Assembly (NCBI GenBank): GCA_001179505.1
Contig: CDMY01000310.1
Span: forward strand, 62,001-126,000
Length of the DNA stretch: 64,000 bases
Reading direction: 5' to 3'
Origin: Vitrella brassicaformis CCMP3155
Taxonomy: Eukaryota; Protista; Chromerida
The notes under the pieces are model-generated. The model did not search any database. It saw only the letters and a list, made by a program, of their open reading frames with translations, and was not told the origin of the DNA. This document shows, in pieces, positions 1 to 11,800 of this stretch. The stretch's first letter is position 1; each line of letters begins with the position of its first letter. Made by a program: the position numbers and the translations under genes.

Positions 1-10
1 CGTTTGTCAG

Positions 11-527
11 TGCGTGTGTGGAAACGATCAACCAGGTGTGGAGGAGCCCGAGGCGTGTTCATCAACATGACGGCCATACCCACAGCCATCTACTACGGTA
101 CTGACACACACGTACTTACACGCAGAGAGTGGCTGACGTGTGTGTTTGTATGTGTGTTTGTCGACAGGGTGTATCTTGACCCCCTGACGGGTCTGCCCCG
201 TGTGCTGTTGCATGCCGATCTAGTCAAAGATGCAACGGTGGGCTGTGTGGACGACCTGGTGCTGAGTGGTGGCGGTGGGGGTGAGGAGGGCCGAGCGCAG
301 GGTTTCAAGAGTGAGAGTGGGTCCACATGGCTGGTGCCTTTCATCCTCAAGAAAGCCAAAGGGAAGCAGGTGCTTGTTCAGCAGGTAAGTAAGCCAGGCA
401 GACTTACACGTGTGCCACCTACATAATTAATTTGTTGTTGAATTTTGTGTCCCCTTGTGTGGTGTTTGTCTGTCAGCTCTTGTCGCGTCCCTTTGGCGCG
501 TCTACCTTACATTTGTCATCGCTGTGA
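11..527 (+). CDS. 3' exons of a gene entering from the left edge; last two exons paralogous to the C-terminus of the MYND gene (8422-8800)
   Basis: Exons 11-97, 168-384 and 477-527 joined by GT-AG introns keep one frame: ...HLLR|VYLDPLTGLPRVLLHADLVKD...QVLVQQ|LLSRPFGASTLHLSSL*. The same peptide is encoded on the minus strand at 8422-8800. Confidence 0.6.
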
Positions 528-1670
528 CGGTCTCTTGCCAGTCAATAGTCAGTCGTGTCTGCAATGTCGATGTCTGTGTCGGCCTGGCTTGCACTAGTCG
601 ATCTGGTCTGTCAGTCAGGTCAAGAAGGCAGTCAGTCCGTCCGTCAGGGCTGAGGCTGGCCTTGTGCAAAGGCAACAGGCGGTGGTGCCATCGGTGCCAG
701 TGGCCAACTGCACACACACACACACACACACGTATTCAGGTGTGGGTGTGATGTCATTTTGTCTGTCTTACTATTGCTGCTGCATCACTTGTGGCTGCTG
801 CATGAACTGAGGTGCCTGGTGCAATGGCATAGACCACATTCATTCATGTGTGTGTTTTCGGTTGCTTTGTGGCTTCCGCTCACTCACCATGAGCGGTGCA
901 TTCGGTGCATTGTTGTTGAAGACTGGCGGTGATGCCATCAGTGTCTGCGGCAACTGCTGCTGCTGCATCGACTGTCGCCAATTCGCCAACACGCTGAGCG
1001 ACAGAAAGATATACACGAGACAAGAGTCAGGGATTTCATTGGCTGGCTGGCTCATTTACTTGTTGATGTGCGTCTTGTCTGCGTCGGAATTCGGTCTCTG
1101 ACTCAGAGCTGACTGCACCAATTGCACCTGCACAACACACACACACGCACACACATCCGTGCAGTGCACCACTCTCTCCGCTCTCTGTGTATGTTATGTG
1201 TGTGTCTCATTTCTATGCCAGTCGTGACGGAGTCATTGTGTTGCCGTTGTTGTTGTGCGAAGGGTCATTGGAGAGCAGCAATGAGGCAATCTGGCCGAGT
1301 GCATCGACTGACTCAGTGTTGAGACCGGATAAAAGCGTGCCTAGCTCGCTCAAAGCTCGCGACTCCAGAACAACCCGGCAGTTGCGTGTCGTCGTTTGAT
1401 GGTGCGTGAAAGACATGGGACTTGGCCGTCAGGCCGCTTAGGACATTTCGTGAAACCGCTCTCTCTCTCAGAACAACCCGACAAGCCTTCAGATCCGTAC
1501 ACACACGCATCAGGTCATCCTGCTGATTTGAGCGGGGAGTGGCGTCGTGCTGCTGATGGGTGGCTTGTGTGAATTGTGGAAGAAGACCTGCACACACACC
1601 GATGGATGGATGGATAGATGTGTGTCAGACTCTCTGTCTGGCTGGCTGTCTGTCTGTTTCTCTTTGCCGC
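156..1670. repeat. Inverted segmental duplication, arm A (partner ~7385-8812)
   Basis: Reverse complement aligns by eye to 7385-8812 across exons and introns, e.g. 168-420 vs 8540-8800, 960-1140 vs 7760-7940, 1504-1600 vs 7460-7555. Confidence 0.93.
644..1587 (-). CDS. 3' part of a paralog of the secreted hypothetical protein at 7050-8267; 5' exons unresolved
   Basis: Conserved exons with only in-frame indels relative to the other copy (PQTLMASPP vs PQTQQLMASPP; YWPLAPMAPPPVAFAQGQPQP* vs YWPPMAPMPSWPVVAFAQGQPQP*). Stop TGA at 644-646. Confidence 0.55.
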
Positions 1671-1796
1671 CGTCTTTGCCCTGTGGCGTGTTCGCTTGCT
1701 CTTTGCCCTCTCGCGATGTGGTGTGACAACTCGAGTGACTCGCTACGCCGTTCTCTCGGCCGAATGCGTCACACGGCCGCATCGCCTCACCTCGTA

Positions 1797-1832
1797 GGGT
1801 TCAGGGTATCAAACCCTGCACCCACAAACCCT
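1797..1832. promoter_or_regulatory. Telomere-repeat-like hairpin GGGT-T-CAGGGT-ATCAA-ACCCTG-C-ACCC followed by AAACCCT
   Basis: Direct reading. A similar hairpin lies at 61452-61494 upstream of the paralogous protease. Function inferred only. Confidence 0.35.
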
Positions 1833-2068
1833 GTCTGTGACCGAGGAGCCATGGCACCCACAAACTCTGCCGCTGCTGGTGGTGCTAGCTCGTTGACCTC
1901 TCTCTGATCTGTCCATCTGAGCATCGAACGAGGTGAGCAGCACACAGATCTGTGAGCAGAAATGCTCGATGGACATAATCCTCTGTCTGTCGGCTCTGTC
2001 GCTCTGTGCAGCCTCTCGTCGAGCGCCTCACTCATCTGACCGTCTTGGCCCATCCATCTCAGGGCTGA

Positions 2069-3707
2069 GAGATGATTCAGGCGTGGACGACGTCTTGCCT
2101 CTCGAGGAATGGTGGGGGGGATCAGCGAAGTGAGTTGATGAATCTGTGTGACGTCTTCCAGTCCGACGAGGACCATTACGGCAAGGGGCTGATGCTGAAG
2201 ACCAACACTGACGAGCTCTATGTGATCACCGCCGCACACGTCGCCGTTGGCGCGACGAAGGTGAAGACCGACATCGGCAACAAAGAGCAGGAAATGGCCG
2301 TCAAGATGGCGTGGATGCACGAGGGCTACCTCGCTGATGGACACCCAGATCTCGCCCTACTAAGGATTGAGCACAACGACATCGTCCGCGCCGCACTCCG
2401 CGCCAAGCCACTTATTGCAGCCGACAATGTCAACCTCCGGCACGAGCTGTGTTCTGTCGACAAACAGCGGTTCTTCAAGGGCGAGATCACGGAGATCCGT
2501 TCAGAGGCGCCATCGTGTGTGGCTACCGCGGCGGCAGCGGGTTCTACGGCTGGCGCAGTGGGCCCTACGGCTGGGGCACCGACTGCCGGGTCGGACCCCA
2601 GACGCATGTTGTGGCTGCTGCTCTCGGGCATCACGTCAATGCCAGGCGACTCGGGAAGCCCTATGGTGACTGCCGACGGATATCTCGGTGGTGTCGTCCA
2701 CGGCGTGTCCCCACAGACATCCAAGAGCAAACGGCACATGAGCAGCACCACCAACTCTGTCACTGTCCGAGCTCACCACCCCCTCCTCTACATCGCTCCC
2801 CTCGATTCTCTCCGTTCGCCCAGCGAAAGTTTCGTCGCAGTCCCTCGTAAGGAGGACAACAAGCATCTCTACGAGGCCCTGGAGCTGCTCGAGCTGATGC
2901 CGCCCACCTTCTCCATCAAGAAGAATCCGATGATGACCATTGCCGGCTACAAAACAAGCTACGTCACGCCGGCGGAGTCGCAGCTCCAGGAGGGGGATGA
3001 GGCCGATGAACCTTGGATGAAGGCTCTCAACCGACTTGAGATCCGCCTCAGCAAGCAGATCAGCCGCGTGAGCGAGCAGATCAACAGCATGAGAGGGTAT
3101 GAGAAGGGCGAGATGGCCACAGAAGCGAGCTTCAAGAGCCTGCGAGAGCACCTCATGCAGCACTTCGACATCGCCGAGGCGGACATTGACTCGATGACGG
3201 TCACGGATCTCTTCATGAAGCTCTTCAATGAGCTCGAGAAGGACCCCTTTCCCGAGGTGCGCACACAGTCAACACACATGTGCGCCCACCCGACACCGAG
3301 CCGCGACGCTTTCTGAGTGTTGTGATGTGTTGTGCTGTGTCTTGTCTGTGTGTAGTGGGTGATGCTACAGTTGCAGTTCTCGAAAGCTGCTCATGTGCCC
3401 CCACCGAAGCTGCGGCACGGCGGCTGATTGAGTGAGGTCGCTGGTTTAGCACGTCTTTGGCTGCATCAGAGGGTCGCTGTTGGCAGCCACTGGAGCATCA
3501 GACACGTTTCAGACCTATCAGCTAGAAGCGCCACTGCGTTTGCGTTGTCCTTCACTTGTCGACTGATGGCTTGATGGTGAAGCCTGAATGGTCTCTGGCA
3601 TTTCGTATCTATCGCATGTCGAAATACACGCACCCCACCGAGCATGTCAGTAAGGAGGCTGCTGGTGTGCTGTGTCTGGCTGATCCGAGAGGTGCAAGAT
3701 CTGCAGC
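2069..3707. repeat. Long-range inverted duplication, arm A (partner 59776-61420)
   Basis: Protease CDS, its intron, terminal exon and about 280 bp of 3' flank align in reverse complement with 59776-61420. Confidence 0.95.
2072..3427 (+). CDS. Trypsin-like (PA clan/S1) serine protease with C-terminal helical region and terminal LRHGG*
   Basis: Catalytic motifs VITAAH (His 2237-2239), DLALL (Asp 2348-2350), PGDSGSP (Ser 2651-2653). Phase-0 intron 3257-3355. Terminal exon 3356-3427 encodes WVMLQLQFSKAAHVPPPKLRHGG*. Start codon uncertain (2072 or 2138). Confidence 0.88.
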
Positions 3708-4847
3708 TTGACCTTTCAGCACACACACGTCTGTCGCCCACACACGAGGGTCCATCACTCCGCTCACTTGCAGTAAGCAGTCAGCCGGGCCGCGAGGGTG
3801 GATGTGCAGACAAACAGATAGACTCGGGCCTCATCCATCAGATACAACGCAGACACCATACATGCATCCCGGCCACGTTTGGTTCGGTTGTGTGACAAAG
3901 CCAAGGACAAGACGCGTGCCAAGCCCTTCGTGGGGTGTGCACGGATCTCATCCTCGACCATGCCATGCAAACCAACCGAACGGCGACACATCCATCCATG
4001 CACATCGAACGAACCATCCGGATCTCTCTTAGTGTCCATGTCTGTCTGTCTGAATGTAGGTCTGTCGGTCGGTCGGTCGGTCGGTCCGTGTTGATGCCTC
4101 TCTGACAGGTAAGTGAGACAATACTTGCGATGTGTGAATCGCCTCGTTCGTCTCGTGCCGCGGCAGTGAGGCGGAAACACACACCGACCGACAGACAAGA
4201 CGCTCTCCCCTCTCTGTTCGCTGGTAGGGACTGCACAGAGAAATGAAAAACACAGCTGCTGCTCATCCCGTTGCACCCTACCCCTCCTCTCGCTTGTGGG
4301 AAAAACGTGTTGCTTCCATCCATCCATCTCGCTCTCTACAAGTGCGTGCGTGTGCGTGCCGCCGACCCGCCAAAAGGAACATATCGACATCTGTCCTGCC
4401 TGCCTTCCCCGCGAGTCACGTCAACACTACTGACACGACTGGCTACATTCGTCTGGCTCTCCATGCACACATGCGTGCTAACGTGCCGCCGTCATTGCCC
4501 ACATCAAAGCTCACCCGTCGATCAATCATCGGTAGTGATGTAAAACGCTCACCACCAAGTGAGTACGAAAGACTTCATTCGGAATGAATGGAATAGACAG
4601 AAGAAGCCGAGAAAGCCACCCCCAACCCCACTCCACCCCTCCCCACATGCAAGAATGCATACATGGGCCCCTCCCTCCCCCTATGCCAATTAGTAGCTAG
4701 TGGTGGTGACTGAGTGATAAAATCGTGGATGCTCTCTCCCACGTGCTGTGTTGGGTGCGTGTGCGTCGCTCACTCATTCACGAAAACTGCGCCCCCGCCG
4801 CTTGAAAGTGTGTGTACGTGTGAAGGTGTGTGGCCCTGCCAGTGTGT

Positions 4848-6488
<1,641 letters not shown>

Positions 6489-6501
6489 GATCGTGTCGTC
6501 G

Positions 6502-6755
6502 CTGGCAGAACAGAGGGGTGGTGGTCTTGGGTTGGGTTGGTCTGCGTGGGCGAGGCAACAAGCTCCCTTGCTTGCGTTACCAAGCTAGAGGTTCGAACGG
6601 TGTAGATCTCAGCCGGCGCAGCTCCTGTGAGCACACCAGCACCCGCGCTTGTGCCGAAAAGCCAAAGATTCTCGAAGGTGGTTTTGTGGTAGTCGCGGTT
6701 AAGCTCGCGGATACCCTGATCGCTCAAACCCGGCACAATTCCTCTCTACGCTGAC
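6502..6755 (-). promoter_or_regulatory. Putative 5'-UTR intron of THI4 containing the riboswitch
   Basis: Pyrimidine tract plus CAG acceptor (ccctctgttctgccAG, AG at 6503-6502) 14 nt before the ATG. Candidate donors GTCAGC at 6755 and GTATCC at 6714. The donor choice is inferred. Confidence 0.6.
6554..6655 (-). ncRNA. TPP (thiamine pyrophosphate) riboswitch aptamer
   Basis: Minus strand reads GGCACAAGC-GCGG-GUG-CUGGUGUGCUC(ACAG)GAGCUGCGCCGG-CUGAGA-UCUACA-CCGU-UCGAA-CCU-CUA-GCUUG(GUAACG)CAAGC-A-AGG-GA-GCUUGUUGCC. P1-P5 all pair, and the conserved CUGAGA, GAACCU, GUAA loop and AGGGA elements are present. It lies 66 nt upstream of the THI4 ATG. Confidence 0.95.
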
Positions 6756-7049
6756 TGTGCGTGTTATCTGGTGCCAGGCATGCCTTTTCGGCGATTCCAT
6801 TGCAAGCAGTCGAGGCGATTCATCATTCATACGGGTTGGGAAGGATTAGGAAGGATGGGAAGGATGTCCATCCACTTCAGGCAATGCACCCCTTTTTCGT
6901 GATTCATCACTCGCTCATATACTGTACTACATATGATTGTCCGCCCGTACATATACATACGTGTATATGTCCACACACACACACAGAGAGAGATACAAGG
7001 ACAGGAAGCTGTGCTGTGCGTGTGACTCCTCTCTCTCTGACGCGCAAAG

Positions 7050-8267
7050 ATGGTGGCGATTCTCGTGGCTGTCTTGCTGTTGCTTGCACCAGCGAGCGGT
7101 GCCGAGATGAGGCTGCCGCGCAAGTCACGATTTGTTCAGCATGGCGCTGGTGGCGGCATGGGCACTGCGGTGAGCTCGAGTGACTCAGAGTCGCTGAAAG
7201 CCATGATGGACGACTCTTTAAAGCCATGTGAGCAACCAGACAGACAGACAGACAGACAGAGGCAGAACGATCACTGTCTCTCTTTGCATGTGCGTGTGTT
7301 GCAGTGAAGAGCGAGATTCGCAAGATAGAGAGCGCACTGAACATCAACGACGCAGGCACACAGTCAAGTCAGTGTCTCCCACGGAGAGAGAGAGACAGAC
7401 AGCCAGACAGACAGAGACACACATCCATCCATCCATCCATCCATGTGTGTGTGTGTGTGTGTGCAGGTCTTTTTCCACGATTCACGCAAGCCACCCATCA
7501 GCAGCACGACGCCACCACTCCCCCCTCACATCAGCAGGATGACCTGATGCGTGCCTTCAACGCCCTCGGTCTCAACACCGAGGCAGCTGACGCACTTGGC
7601 CAGATTGCGTCATTGCTGTTCGCCAATGACCCTTCGCACAACAACGACGGCAACACAATGACTCCGTCACGACTGGCATAGAAATGAGACACACACATAA
7701 CATACACAGAGAGCGGAGAGAGTGGTGCACTGCACGCGATGTGTGTGCGTGTGTGTGTGTTGTGCAGGTGCAATTGGTGCAGTCAGCTCTGAGTCAGAGA
7801 CCGAATTCCGACGCAGACAAGACGCACATCAACAAGTAAATGAGGCAGTCAGCAGCAGGCCAGCCAATCAAATCCCTGACTCTTGTCTCGTGTATATCTT
7901 TCTGTCGCTCAGCGTGTTGGCGAATTGGCGACAGTCGATGCAGCAGCAGCAGTTGCCGCAGACACAGCAGTTGATGGCATCACCGCCAGTCTTCAACAAC
8001 AATGCACCGAATGCACCGTTCATGGTGAGTGAGGGAAAGCCACAAAGCAAACGACAAAACACACACATGAATGGAATGTGGTCTATGCACACCAGGCACC
8101 TCAGTTCATGCAGCAGCCACAGGTGATGCAGCAGCAATAGTAAGACACACAAAATGACAACACACCCACACCTGAATACGTGTGTGTCTGTGTGCAGTTG
8201 GCCACCGATGGCACCGATGCCATCTTGGCCAGTCGTCGCATTTGCACAAGGCCAGCCTCAGCCCTGA
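7050..8267 (+). CDS. Secreted hypothetical protein (signal peptide, Q/P-rich C-terminus), multi-exon
   Basis: MVAILVAVLLLLAPASGAE signal peptide. Introns 7228-7304 and 7368-7466 keep frame, and downstream exons are conserved in frame in the duplicate at 644-1587. One internal junction (about 7660-7768) is not resolved. Confidence 0.6.
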
Positions 8268-8812
8268 CGGACTGATGACCGACACCGTACAGTGTGTCTA
8301 ACTCTGCTTGCATGCGGTGAGGTGACCCTCGAGACCAGACGAGATCGATCAGTGCAAGCCAGGCCGACACAGACATCGACATGCATATACGACTGAGTAT
8401 TGACTGACAAGAGACCATCGATCACAGCGATGACAAATGTAAGGTAGACGCGCCAAAGGGACGTGACAAGAGCTGACAGACCAACACCACACACACAATT
8501 AAGGGATCGAGGGACACAAACAAAAGAAAGTCAAGAACAAATTAGGTAGGACGCACACGCGTAAGTCTGCCTAGCTTACTTACTTGCTGAACAAGCACCT
8601 GCTTCCCATTGCCTTTTTTGAGGATGAAAGGCACCAGCCATGTGCACCCACTCTCACTCTTGAAACCCTGCGCTCGGCCCTCCTCACCCCCACCGCCACC
8701 ACTCAGCACCAGGTCGTCCACACAGCCCACCGTTGCATCTTTGACCAGATCGGCATGCAACAGCACACGGAGCAGACCCGTCAGCGGGTCAAGATACACC
8801 CTGTCGACAAAC
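7385..8812. repeat. Inverted segmental duplication, arm B (partner ~156-1670)
   Basis: See arm A. It spans the convergent 3' ends of the 7050 gene and the MYND gene. Confidence 0.93.
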
Positions 8813-11800
8813 TGGACGCTGTCCACGGCAGCCCGCTCAATCGCCGACATGGACATTGAGTGCTTGGTGACATCCTCTCCTCCCCGCCGCTGAAGGTGCA
8901 GCCAGGCCGTCATTCTCTCACGCGCGTCGGGGCCCCAGAAGAGGGCCACACACGGCCGCGCATCTGGAGGCAGGGGAGATTTGGGCGGCAAGATGAAGGT
9001 GGAGTACCTGACCGACACGCAGTATGCCCCATGCAACGAATGCCTCTCACGCTCACCCATCTATCTCGCCTTAACTAACATTCCTTCCTTACGCATGGTG
9101 CTTGGCTGGGGCAGCAAGGGTCACACTCTTCTCCTCTGCTCCCTGCTGGCTGCTGCCATTGCCTTTGTCTCCATTATCCTCGATCGCCCTTAACACCGGC
9201 TGCTGCTGCCGATCCATGACGGCCTTCCGCAACGACGACCAATAGTGCGTGGCCGTCAGGTGCAGACACACACGGTGAGCCGACGAGAGGGACTCCGAAG
9301 CTAACAGGTCATACAGAGCACCGCGGATGAGCTTGCGCAGCGGGTGCAGCCTGACCGAGAGCCGCAGGAAGAGACGGAGGAGGGTCAGGGAGGGCGCCAT
9401 GACGGTCGATGTTGGGGCGGGGAGAAGGGATGACGGGGGCAGGGAGGGGCTGCCTGTGGCTAGGAGGGAGGGGGCGAGGGTCAGCATCTGGTGCCGCAGG
9501 TCGTCGACTGAGTGGCTGTGAAAAGCAACGAAGGCCTCGGTCAGCGGGACGAGGTTCGGGCACTCGAACATATCGTGCTGATGGATGGCACCAACACCAG
9601 CACAAAGAGGACAGATGTGAAGACATCTGCTGCTAGACACAATCGACTGCACCTACCTGTAGTCTGTGTGCCTCTCGGCAGTCGATGCTGCAGTAGCTCA
9701 CCTGACCGCACCGCCCGCATGTGAGGGTCGGGTCTTGCTTCCACGGCAAGGTCACAGCTCGGCAATACGGCACATTGGCGCACAGCCTCGACGCAAAAGG
9801 AAGAGCCTGCATGAGCAGCACAACACACTCACTCAATCGAAACATAGCTGAATGGGCGTGATGGTGTCGTGTCTCTCGCTGACTGACCGTCATGTTCCTA
9901 AGCCTCAGACACCTTGGCCCATACCACTCGCCCCCCTGCCTCCCCCGCAGCAGCCCCCTCTTTCTCTCCCTACGGCTCTCGGCAGACACCCCCCCACCAT
10001 CATCGCCGCCATGACGACCCACCGGATCCAACAGCCTCTCCACGCCCTCCTCCGTCCCACACCACAGCAGCACCTCCTGCTGTCTCTCAAAGCTTCCACC
10101 ATCACCACACAGTGTCACGCCCATCGACGGCCAGCAGGCCTCTCCGTCTTCCATCACATGAAGGATGGTGTCATAGGGCGATAAATGCAGCTCAGTGAGG
10201 GTAGATTTGGGCCGTGTTGGGTCGGCCTGGATGAGGTGCTCGATGGGGATGTCTGGGTGCGGGGGCTGCGCGTGGGGCGGGGGCGTGATCAGACACGTGT
10301 GGTGGGGCAGCGACCGACGCAGCTCGCTCTCCAGAGAGGGGGGGACGGGCGGGGCGTGACAACTGCAAAGACACACAGACGCACACACACCAAGACAGAA
10401 ATGCGGCAAACACCTTTCCACTTTTCTTTAGCTCACCGGAAGTGCGTGTGGTGCAGTGGTTCCGCACTCGGCAGCATACCCAGCAGCACGCCCATCTGCA
10501 TGGGCGTCCAGTCGAACCCCTCCTCTCTCACTCCCCCCACCTCCCGATGCACAAGCGCGTCCCACAGCTCCGACTTCGCCGTGTAAGGCGCCCGAGCCAT
10601 CCCCACCTCTGCCTCCCCTTTCCCTTTCAACGCCTTTCCTTTCACTCGCGCACCATCTTTGCCTCTCGGCCTGTCCTCTAAGGCCAGCAATGGGGCGGGG
10701 GAGGGCCCCTCGTATCCCAATCGGTTGCAGAATGGCGCCAGCTGTCCTGCCCCCTGGATCGGCATCAAGCGGAGAGAGAGGAAGAGGGAGAGGTCTTGTG
10801 AGGGCAGAGTGTGTGTGTGGGTGAGGGGAGAGACGAGGGGGGCGGGCATCCCATGCTGCACGCGCTTGGCGATCTGGTAGTGCGCTGGGTCGTAGGCCTT
10901 TGTTCTTCTCGTCCTTCGCGTGTCTGTCTCCTGGGGCTGCTCGCCCTGTGTTTCCATCTTGACGAGGGGTAGGGACAGCTCAGTGGACTGCACCTGATGG
11001 TGTCTCCCTCCCCCTCTCACAGAAGGAGAGGGCAGGCCTTCCCTGTCTGTTGCGGGGTCCGTCTCCATCGCCGTGATGAAGAAGGACGGCTGCTCGTCAC
11101 CTTCCCCGACTTCACCTCCCTCCACCGTCAGTGGCTCCGATTGCCAACCCGTGCTCATGCTGATGCTGAGATGGCGGGCTCGGTGTGACCGAGTGAGGTC
11201 CTCAAAGGACGGCACCATTGACCTCTTCCGCCCCCTCTCCCCTCGCCCCCTCTTCTGCTGTGGCTGCTGAGTGCCGACTGCAGCAGCCGGGGCGGAATCG
11301 TGTCTCACGGGCACTCGCCGATGAGAAGCCACCCGCAACACACGGGGTGTCTCCGGCAACTCCAAGGGCAACGGCAACGGCAACGGCAGAGGGAAGGGTG
11401 GCGCTTCCGGCACCCTCGTCGTGCTTTCCGCGGATGCAGGCATAGCACCAGACATGGCCAAGGCCGCCTCCCTCCCTCGGGGAGACACCCACAGACCGTC
11501 CGTACTTCTGTGTGTGGTGGGCATCGTCGATCGAGCGCTGAATGACGGAGGGACGGGGCGGGGGGTGGAGCAGAAGACCTCCTTCAGCGGCAGCAACAAA
11601 GCCCTCTCCCTCTCCTCCGTCCTACCCACATGGGGCGTTGTGGGCTGCGTCGACCTGACGAGCCGGCTTGACCCGTGCGACCTGATCTGCCTTGCCGTCT
11701 GCACCTGCCTGAAGGTCTTGTCCATGTCGGAAAGGTCGCTTGCGAGCAGACACACAGGCTGGGGCTGAATTGTGGGTGGGAGGGCCTTCTGGACGGATGT

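Noticed and set aside
3257-3316. ORF-track C-termini of the proteases (VRTQSTHM... / VRTQ*)
   Set aside because: These read into a conserved intron; the spliced terminal exon is conserved in both copies.
4060-4090. (GGTC)n / (GACG)n arrays and other short periodic tracts as CRISPR-like or telomeric arrays
   Set aside because: Simple tetranucleotide microsatellites with no spacers; no cas genes; eukaryotic context.
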